Of a DNA stretch of 64,000 nucleotides, positions 50,333-60,356 are shown piece by piece. The notes under the pieces are model-generated. The model did no database searches. It worked only from the letters and a program-made list of their open reading frames with translations, and was not told where the DNA came from. The stretch is from the NCBI RefSeq assembly GCF_030144855.1, contig NC_082710.1, positions 20,956,001 through 21,020,000 on the forward strand, in the 5' to 3' direction. The stretch is from Hypanus sabinus (Eukaryota). Positions within the stretch are counted from its first letter, which is position 1. Every line of letters starts with the position of its first letter. The position numbers were made by a program, and so were the translations under genes.

Positions 50333-50959
50333 CTTAGTACTTCAAGTGTGGTGTTACCATGGTCCAGTATCATGGCAATAATGTTCTTCAGGCTATGAAA
50401 ACCAATGTATCATTTGCCTTCCTAACTACTTGCTGTAGTTCCAAGCTTATTTTCAGTAACTTGGATACCCAGGTCCAATTGAATAGCCATATTGCCAAAT
50501 CAATCATCATGAATAATGCTTACCTTTCCTTTTTCTCCCCTACCTATGTGGAAAATTTCACATTTATCGACATTAAACTGCTTCTGTCATATACTGTACT
50601 TGCCCTGAAGCTTCTTTGCATCCTCAGTCCATTTCTTATCATTGGCAAACTTAGAAACATTACACTCCAGTTCCTCACCCAGATCATTGATATGTACTGT
50701 GAATGGCTGAGGCCCCAGCACTGATCCCTGCAGATCTCAAAAAAAACATTAAACTGTTGAAAACACTCAGCAGGTTAGGCAGCATCTGTTGAAAGACGAG
50801 CAGAGTTCACGTTTCAGATCAACTCGAAACATCTACCAATTATCTTTCTACAGATGCTGCTTAACCTGCTGTTTCCATATTGTCCGTTTTGATTTAAGTT
50901 TCTTGCATCTTCAGCTCTTTATCATACCATTTGTTGAGGTTGTCTAATGTTCTTGATAA

Positions 50960-51440
50960 GGCCTCCTCTACATTGGCGAGGCCCAAGATAGACTGCTTTG
51001 TTGAGCACTTTCACTCTGTCTACAAGAAGTAGGATTTCCCCATGGCCAAACATTTTAATTCCAACCCCCATTCCCATTCCAACATGTTGATCCATGACCT
51101 CCTCTACTGCTAAAATGAGGTCACTCTAAATTTGCAGGAGCCTCCAACCTGGTGGGCTGCACATTGATTTCTCTAACTTACAGTATTTTCCCCCCTCCTC
51201 TCATCTTTCATTACCCACTTTGGCTCCACTCTTACCTCGTCTCTTCTCCTCATCTGTCTATCACCTCCCCGTGGTGCCTCTCCTCCTTCCTTTTCTTTTA
51301 TGGTCCACTCTCCTCTCCTATCAGATTTTTTCTCCTCCAGCCCTTCACTTTTTTCACCTATCACCTTCCAGCTTCTTACTTCATCCCCACCCACCTGGCT
51401 ACACTTATCATCTTCTAGCTTGTACTCCTTCCACTCTCCC
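50960..51440 (+). mobile_element. Penelope GIY-YIG fragment and pyrimidine tract
   Basis: ggcctcctctacattggcgag = GLLYIGE; FVEH; HFNS. Confidence 0.85.
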
Positions 51441-52961
51441 ACCTAAGGCACAGTTTCAAAAAATGTTTTCGCCAATATTTACCCCTCAACAACATCACCA
51501 TAACAGATTATCTTTCCATTATACTCAGTTGTTTTCAGAAGTTTATTGAGCCCAACTTTGGTTGCTGTCTGCAATAATACACAGTTAATATGCTGCAAAC
51601 TACTTCACTGGATTCCACAAACTCTTCTAAGACTGAACTTATTGCAGGTACTCTATAAATGCAAGTTCTTGGATGAATAGGAGATCCAAAGATTACCCCT
51701 AATAACTTACACGTTTTTGATACAGAAAACATCAGCAAATCTGATGATTACAGCCCCATGCTTATTAAGTGAAATAAATATGTGAATAGACAAACTGAAA
51801 TAATATTGTACAGAAGATGTTTTTGGAAATGCTATTTATTGGACAGTTCTCATGTTACAAATTGATAAGTAATTAGCAACATTTCTTTTCTCATCTGAAT
51901 TTACAAGATATAGTTTATATTCATTGGCCATCTCTCTAGCAAAATAAATCAAATTTATGAACTATAGGAAAAAATCCAAATATAAGAAAATGTCCCAAAG
52001 TCATTTGGAAATTCAGCTTTTTCCAAGAACCAAAGCAAACATGAAATAAAATGTGAGATGGCTAATCAACCAAGTACAACAGATTCCATTATAAATAATA
52101 CCGAACCTTATTAGCCCCGTAAATTACAATTTGTAAATTTTCCCTTCCCTAAAAAGAATAAGCTAAATGAAAGTTTGGAGTATGCGCCATTGCACTCTAC
52201 ATTAATTATTCTCATCCAGTTGTCAGGGCATTCAGTTGTCACAGGACTCATCCCATTAATCTTCATTGACAATACTCATCATTGTAATTCTCAATCTCAT
52301 TCCAAACCGGATACTTAAGCAGTATTTTTCTTCTAAATAAAATGCAGAATAATACTTCATCTTTGGGAACCTGGTTCAGATATCCCACTAATTGGATAGG
52401 AAATCATTCTAGTTTCAAATCCTGCTGAAGGCATAGTTAAAACAATTTGGGTGTGAATAAAATTTCTCATAAACTAAATTAAGTGTCTTAATAAGTGATA
52501 TCTATTATCCATGCAACATAGTGATTTCTATTGAATCACTTGGATATTGTGTATGTGTGTTGAAGATTAGGGAAAAGCTCTTTATCAGTTTCCCTTTTTA
52601 TTCAAGACACAACCATAACCCTGCAAATGTCAATAGAAGTAATACAGTGGCAGAAGAAATAATAACACAAACCATAATAAAAAAACTGTACCTTTTCAGC
52701 ACTCACAGGTTTGTAAATTCTGAAAGGACAGCAGAAAATGCACTTAAGAGTATTTTCTCTGCAAGCATAGTCACTTTGAATGTTTAAAGGGATGTTTCTT
52801 TTCAACATACATTTTTCTTTAACCACACTTCTTTTTGCACCCTTTGAAATATACAGATTTAAGGTTATCTACAGAATTGTTCAAAAACTGGGATTTGTTT
52901 TATTACTATTCAAATAATGTATGCTATATGGCATTTTCAAATTCACAAAAGGTATTGAGAA

Positions 52962-53018
52962 TGTGTGTGTGTGTGTGTGTGCGCGCATGTGCATGTGCAT
53001 TCAAGTGTGTGTGTGTGT
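52962..53018. repeat. Interrupted (TG)n / purine-pyrimidine alternating tract
   Basis: tgtg... runs with a gcgcgcatgtgcatgtgcat core. Confidence 0.9.
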
Positions 53019-54934
53019 GAGAGACGAGAGCTTTCTACACTTTCGATCTTATGGACTTACATATATGCTGCCTCACAGAGATCCATTAATTATTGTCATT
53101 GTTTCCCCTGAGCTCTGGTTACTTCAGCTATAGGAGAAGGCCACTTATTTCCTATAGTGTTGGTATTTCAGTGTGACCTGAACCAATCAACCCAAGGTTA
53201 AAAGCTCACTGGTTGAATGGTTGCAGTCTCACAAAACCAAGAAATTGTACATACAGGGAAAGATTAAAGTAAGTGGCGACTATAGAGGTCTGCAAAAATA
53301 TGAAGTAAAGCCAGAAAATCATTAAAATTCTTACAGCAGGCAGCATATATGTTAAAAAATAGAATTAAATTTTTATCATAAGGAAAAAAAGTTACAAATC
53401 AAACACATTTTAATTTGAAGAAAAAGAGGGTGGGGTGGAGCTAACAAAAGGAATTTCTACAAAAGGATGTGGTGCTGAAAGAAGCTGGTGCTTTCCTATT
53501 GATCACAGATGATCTGTGTGGAGATGAATGAGAGAAAAGAGAACAAGGAAATGTAAAATACAGAACTTAAGTGGCTGGAAAATTGAAATAAAAGAGAATG
53601 CTGGAAGTACTCAGCTGGTCTGGCAGCATCTTTGGAGAGACAAAATGGAGTAAAGGTTACACAATGGTGACCTGTTGTCAGAACAGCCAATTCTGATATA
53701 CATCTGAAATACTGCTCATTGAAATTGTTGATTCAGTCATGAGTTCTGAGAGCTGTAATGTGTCTAATCCAAAAAATGAAATATTGTTTTTGAGCTTATA
53801 TTGGGTCTTGTTAGAGCAATGATTGAGGGCAAAAATAGAAAATTCACAGTGGGAGTGGAATGGAGATTTAAAATGACAAGTAGCTGGAAGCTCAGGGCCA
53901 CCTTTGTGCGCTTAACAGAAATGTTCAGCAAAATCAATCTCTATTATGCGTAGAACAAATGCTTGAGTCCCCAGTTTGTGGACCTCTTCCACCATTTGGG
54001 ATCCAACACTAATTCCAAGTGAAGTATTGATTGTCTTTGCCTCTTTCAATTTAGGATATTATATTTAGTTGTTACAATGTGATTTCTCCTCAAATCCTGA
54101 GGACTGTATGGTGCCAAGTTACAAGATGAGATGCTCTCCCATTGTGCTTTGCTGATACAATGTAGGAGGTCAAAGGCAGAGTGGTGAAAGTGGAAATGGA
54201 TTCAAGAATGGAAATGAGGGTCCGTTGAAAGCCTGGAGTGACTCATGCAGACAAAACAGTGTATTCTACAAGGTGGTCACCCAATCTAACTTGATTGGGG
54301 AAACCCAGCATAAATTGGGTGACCACCTTGCAGAACACCAACTCTGTCTGCATGAATCACTCTAATTGACTCTAATTTACATTCTTGAATCCACTTCCAA
54401 AACTTTGTCTTTTGCCTCCTACATTATTTGAGCAAAGCACAATGGAGCAGCATCTCATTTTGCAACTGGACACCATACACTCCTCAAGATTCACCTTACA
54501 ATTCAACAAATTCAGATATTTGCACTTCCAGTTGCATCATACATACTTGGTCAGTTCTATATACTTAAAATATGTTTACTTCCCTCCTCTCTCTACAGCT
54601 GTTCTGTTGATCACTTGGATATTTTTTCAAGAAGTTTCATTTCAGATTTCCAGCATCTGCAGTGATTTGTATTTCATGTCTCCATGTTTCCTTTGCTCTC
54701 TCTCCCTGCTCACATACTTCACCCTCTGTGCTAAAACCTCTAGATCCCTATGTAGATCACTCCTGATTTTAAAACCCTTCACTAACTTCTGGCAACCAGT
54801 ATTACCACATCTTGTGTCATTGAATCTTTCAATGAAAATGTCATTGCGTCATGTCATTAAGTCTTTTCTTCTCTAACCCTCCACTGCTCCTCTGCATCTT
54901 GAAACTTTTTTTTTACAATTTCTAGTACTGATGT

Positions 54935-55282
54935 GTGATGAGGTGGAGCTACGTCCCTACCTCCACTAGCCTGCAGGTCACCCTTGGGCAAGGTGAGCAA
55001 CTGCTTGGCCCTCCAATCAGGGTCACATGAAGCCAATGGGAGTAGGTGGTGGATGGTCATATGAGCAGCTGGTGCATATCACAAGTCCTGGTTATGCAAT
55101 CACTGACGCCAGGCAGACAATCTGTGAAGCATATTGATAATACTGGGGTCATCTGTCTTGTAAAGACACTGCCCAGAAGAAGGCAATGGCAAACCACTTT
55201 TGTAGAAAAACTTGCCAAGAACAATCATGGTCTAAGACTATGATCAGCCATGTCATACGACATAGCACATAACGATGATGAT
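54935..55282 (+). mobile_element. Short RTE-related SINE-like element; a second 3' end lies at 9857-9905
   Basis: gaaggcaatggcaaaccact...ttgccaagaa resembles the RTE/Bov-A 5' motif and is joined to an RTE-type 3' end gatcagccatgtcatacgacatagcacataa with a (GAT)n tail. Confidence 0.65.
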
Positions 55283-55869
55283 GGAAGATCATTATGAATG
55301 AGATCTCTGCTTTTTTCTCCACAGATACTACCTGATCTGTTTATTTTTCTAATTTTATTTCAATTAGAATTTAAGCTCTTTAAAATTATGAGTGAATTGG
55401 GCAGGTAGGATGGAAATAATGTTTCTAAGTGGGGAAAAAGCCCCACAACGGAGCCATAAGCACAAGATAGTTACCAATAAATCTACAGGGGTACAAGGAG
55501 ATATTTGTTGATCACATAATTTGTAGGATGCAGAATAAGCTAAGCCAGGAAATAGATGAAATAAGTAGGTTAGGTGTTTTTAGAAGGATGCTTGGTGCGT
55601 GAGAAGAAAGATAATATGTGTTTAAAACATCTGATGGATGGACAAGAGTGAAGATATGCTTGTAGGAGGAATAGTTGAGCCCAATGGCATGTTTCTGTGC
55701 TTTAAGATTTTTTTGAGAGAGAGATTTTAGTAGGTCCAGGTGTCTCCAAACTGCCATCAGTCCCATTTTCCTACCAACAAAATGAGTTGATTATTTGATG
55801 ATGCGTGAGGCCTCTCACTCAACCAGGAAGAACAGGAACAGCAGTACACCGAGGACAACCTTCCTAGTG

Positions 55870-57794
55870 AGATTCTCTACAAGTAAAAAAGTTTAATGCA
55901 AATGCTAGGTTATTTTACTGTATAACAGTTCACAGTGGAAGGATGCCAGACAGTATCTGATGAGAAAGGATTCCCTGACATTCTTGTCTCTGAAACAGAA
56001 TCCTTTGCCAATGGGACTGAATATATGTAAAGTTGATTGCTGTGTAATCTAGGCAAAACATTAGCCAATGTTAAAACTTCTTCCATAGAAAATACTTCTT
56101 GTTGGTACAATCCACACATTAAATCATGCACATTAACTGTGAACTCCAAAACTCTCAGATATGTGTAAAGAAAGAAATAGAAAGATACAATACTAGGAAA
56201 TAGCTGAATCTTACAGAAATAACAACACTGCAAGACCTGAGAAAATCGATCTAATCAAAAATTGACAAATGTATTTTGCATGAATGCTGAGGATCTGAGG
56301 CATGACCCAAACAGACTTCCATTTAGATACACCATGCGGCTATTATCAGTATCTTAAATTGTTCAGTTTCTGTATGGACTCTCAAAGGCTGCATTTACCA
56401 AGCATCACTTAAGCTGTTTTTTCTTTCTCCCTGATACCTCCTGCTCACTTTTAGCTCAGACTAAGAACTTTGAAGCAGATCATCTAAACTGGTACGTTCA
56501 ATTTAAATTTCATAACAATTGCATATATTTAAAACACACATACATTAATATGCACATTCTTTTTCAGGTTCCTATGTTCTCCTGTAAAACTGTTTATGTG
56601 CCCATTGAACATTTTACATTTAAACAAACATAGATTTACACACTGCATACTACCTTTTAACATCTGATTAAAAAAAATAATTCAGAATCTGTTAAGATAA
56701 TTAATCATCAATCAAAGCAAACCAGAATTGTGTACTTATTCCATATTCTGGATCTCTTTGGTTAAAGTTGGACAAAATATACCTTATCGTTCTTTGAATT
56801 TCTGATGCAATACAATGTGTAGTCTTTTTCCACTGGATATATTCAGTTAATGCCAGGTCTTAAATAACACAGTAATATATGTTGTTTTTTCACTTTTAAT
56901 TATTACTTTTCAGGACATTTTCTCATATTAATCAATGAAGTGTTCAGGCATGATATTTACAATGGACAAAAATTAGTTTTATTTAAATTTTTGTGTTATA
57001 AAAATTATGTCCTACATAGGCTAGTCTGATCAACTGTAAAGATGAAATAGAACAGAAAAACAGAACAAAATACATCAAACATTATTGTAGCTGCTTGCTG
57101 TAGTTAAGTCTGGATTTAGGGGGAAAATACTCCATTGGTTCTTCTACCTAGAGTGAAATCATTGCTGTTCTTTTACATCAGTAGTAATTGATTATTTCAA
57201 GGATGAAGGAAGCTTAATAAAATGGAATTCAGATTTTAACCAAGCTTCTTAATAAATGAGATATAATCTTAACAAAGATGAACTAAGGGAGGAATTGTTA
57301 AACAAGACCATAACCAGATGAAATTAGCAGATTATTGTCATATTTGAAAATTCCCATTACATCCATTTGGGGCTCAGATGTAGCAATGAGCAGAAAGGAT
57401 GTTGTAGAAGAGACATTACTTTGAACTCGCTGCATATATACTTCAATAGATTTGATTACAGCTGTTTCAAGGACAAAAAGACAATAGGCATCAAATAATT
57501 CATAAAATAAAACAAATGGAGCAATACCTGCAATACCTGCTCCTAATTATTACTTATCTTTAAAAATAAACTCCTTCCATGGATAGCTAAAAATCCACAA
57601 TTTCAATCTTCAAATGCTAAAGATTGTCAAAACAGGAACAGAAAATGGCAATGTATTGTCTTTTTGTGGTTATCAATTTTTGTTCAATACAGTTCATTAT
57701 TAGTGACAGTCTCTTGCAATCACCCTTTACTGTATTTAAGAATTTGAGACTTATAGTAACCACTTAATAAGTTTACACAAAATTTTTAACAGCA
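55870..57794 (-). other. FBXL17: Probable FBXL17 3' UTR
   Basis: Repeat-free AT-rich sequence directly after the stop codon; candidate poly(A) signals AATAAA 56978-56983 and ATTAAA 55892-55897, the latter followed by a GU-rich stretch. Confidence 0.6.
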
Positions 57795-57932
57795 TTATGA
57801 TGCTGTTGATGTATTAGGAATCCATCCCATCTGATAGGCTCGTTCCAGTGTCCGCTTGCAGTCTTGCATTACCGTGCTAAAGGTGATATGTGGGTATTCT
57901 TGAACTAGTCGTTCTACCGTATCTTCATTCAC
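57795..57932 (-). CDS. FBXL17: Last coding exon of F-box/LRR-repeat protein 17 (45 aa + stop)
   Basis: Acceptor tttttctctctccaaatctgttttcaag|GTG, phase 0. VNEDTVERLVQEYPHITFSTVMQDCKRTLERAYQMGWIPNTSTAS* matches the FBXL17 C-terminus as I recall it (YPHITFSTV.QDCKRTLERAYQMGW). Confidence 0.95.
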   Translation of the reverse strand: MNEDTVERLVQEYPHITFSTVMQDCKRTLERAYQMGWIPNTSTAS

Positions 57933-59405
57933 CTTGAAAACAGATTTGGAGAGAGAAAAATATTAAAAGAGTTGCTTTTCTCTGATGTTTCACTTCTACT
58001 TTTGCTGTTACACTGATGTGCTTGTAATGCTAGCTTGAAAGAGATGATCACGATGAACGTCTTCCAGGTGATCATTCCTCAGTTATAAGCCAGACACTGA
58101 CGATTTGGAACTACCTTAGTGAAAGAAAAAATCCCAATCTGCTCTTACCCACATCAAATATTTGCACGTGCATGTTTTCCTCTGGGGTCACTGGTTGATT
58201 AACTCTTGAAACATGTGAGCATTAAAACTCATATCTCTGCTGCAACTCTGCTCAATGTCACCTTGCTATTTCAACCAATGTGATAAAAATTTACAATTCT
58301 GACAGGCCTGTAAGGAGGGACAAAAGCGGCTTAAACAGTTCATTAATTCCATGCAGCCAAACAGAGAAAACTTAAATTTCAGTGACGAGAAGCTTGTTGC
58401 GACTTTCAAATTAATAAGAATTTTGCAAGATATTGAAAATCACAGCTTATTGTCCATTTTTACTTCTGTCATATAGTTATTCACTGAATTCACATCAGCA
58501 GAATTTAATGTGGGATTGGAGCACTTACAACATGGAACATTACAGTGCAGTACAGGCCTTTCGGCCCACAATGTTGGGCTGACCTTTTAACCTACACTAA
58601 GATCAACCAAACCTTTCCCTCCTTTTGAAACCTCTATTTTTCAATCATCCATGTGCCTATTTAAGACTTTCTTAAATGTCCATAATGTATCTGCCTCTAC
58701 CACCATCCCTGGCAGGGTATTCCACCCCACTACTTTCTGTGTGAAGACATCCCTCCAATCACCTTAACATTATGCTCCCTGATATAAGGTTTTTCTGTTC
58801 CAGGAAAAAAAAACAGTATCTTGCTATTTACTCTATCTATGCCTCTTATCATCTAGTATATCTCTATCAAGTCATCTCTTACCCTCCTTCGCTCCAAAGA
58901 GAAAAGCCCTAGATTGCTCAAGTATTACAGGAAAAAATACTAGCATGGATAGAAGATTTGCTGAGTGGCAGGAAGCAAAGTGTGGGAATAAATTAAGTCT
59001 ATTCCCGTTGACTGCTGGTGACTAGTGGTGTTCCGCAGGGGTTGGTAGTGGAAGCGCTTCTTTTCACATTATATGTCAACAATTTGGATGGTGGAATTGA
59101 TGGCTCTGTAGTCAAATTTGCATACGATACAACAATAGCTGGAGGGGCAGACACTATTGAAGAAGCAGGGAGCCTGTAGAAGGGCTTAGACCAATTTGGA
59201 GAATAGGCAAAGAAGTGGCAGATGGAATATAATGTAGGTCGGGGGTCGGCAACCTGCGGCTCCCGAGCCACTTGTGGCTCTTTCACCTCTGTGCTGCGGC
59301 TCCCTGTGGCTTTGGGAAATAATTGGTCAGTATTTAATTAAAATGTATTTTATGTTAGTTTGTTAGCTTTTGAAATGTAATTATGGTGATCTTGTACAAC
59401 CTAAG

Positions 59406-59609
59406 TGTAGCGACACATTTCCTGCCACATCATAAAACGGCTCACAATTAGCCAGCATTCCGGCTAAGGGAGATAGCCTACGGGGGTTTGTGAGTACGCG
59501 TCTTTTGCAGCATCTGCGTCCATGGGGGCTGGGTTGAGGGAAGCTGAAAAGCAAGGCTGTTTAGTTCGAATAAAGCTATCTTTGACTGCAGTTTACTGAC
59601 ACCGCTACA
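59406..59609 (+). mobile_element. LTR-like cassette (204 bp) inside the hAT element
   Basis: TGTAGCG...CGCTACA inverted termini and an AATAAA near the 3' end; no TSD. Confidence 0.65.
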
Positions 59610-59621
59610 ACGTGTTTTTAT

Positions 59622-60356
59622 CGCTGGCTGTCCAGACGGAAGGTGCTGAAACGCTTTGTCGCGTGTCTGGAAGAAGTGAAAACTTTCCTGGGCAGCAAAG
59701 GGCTCACCTTTCCTGAGCTGGAACAGCCAGAGTGGCTGGAAAAGCTACACTTCATGGTAGACATGACAGCGCACCTGAACACGCTGAACACAGCTCTTCA
59801 GGGGAAAGGACGTACAGCCCTGCACATGTTGGAGGATGTTTTGGCATTCGAGCGCAAGTTGACAGTGCTTGCCAGAGATTTACAGAAAGGCACTTTGTCT
59901 CACTTCCCCAATTTGAGAGAGTTCAAACAAGGTCACGACATGATAATTTCGGAGTATTTACATTCTGCAATCATCGCAATGCAAACATCGTTTGGGAAAC
60001 GCTTCTGTGAGTTCAGAGAGGAAAAAAACACATTATCCTTCCCGGTCACTCCCTTAAGCATCGATCCTTCCCTACTGAATACGACTGCATTGGCAGGTGT
60101 GAGTCAACCTGATCTTGAGATGGAACTGGCCGACATAGCCGACAAAGACATATGGGTGTCCAAGTTTAGACGCTTGACAGCAGACCTTGAAGATGTTGCC
60201 CGTCAGAAGGCCGTTCTTGCTCAGAAACACAAATGGAGTGATATTGAAAACCTCACAGATGACAGCTTGCGATCCTGTGTAAAGATGAAGGTGACATCAT
60301 ACAGCCCTGATGTGCAGACGCTGTGCGCTGAGGTCCAGGAGCAGAAATCCCATTAA
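59622..60356 (+). pseudogene. C-terminal half of a hAT transposase, frame open, N-terminus and dimerisation core missing
   Basis: RWLSRRKVLKRF...WLEKLHFMVDMTAHLNTLNTALQG...FPNL...RFCEF...LTDDSLRSC...QEQKSH*; no FGSTY.CE..FS motif. Confidence 0.88.

Noticed and set aside
55910-56233. 107-aa minus-strand ORF downstream of FBXL17
   Set aside because: No recognisable homology, non-ATG start, and lies in the probable 3' UTR.
59643-60356. 237-aa ORF as a host GTF2IRD2/EPM2AIP1-like gene
   Set aside because: Bounded by TIRs and a perfect TSD, starts at GTG and lacks the N-terminus; it is a transposon remnant.
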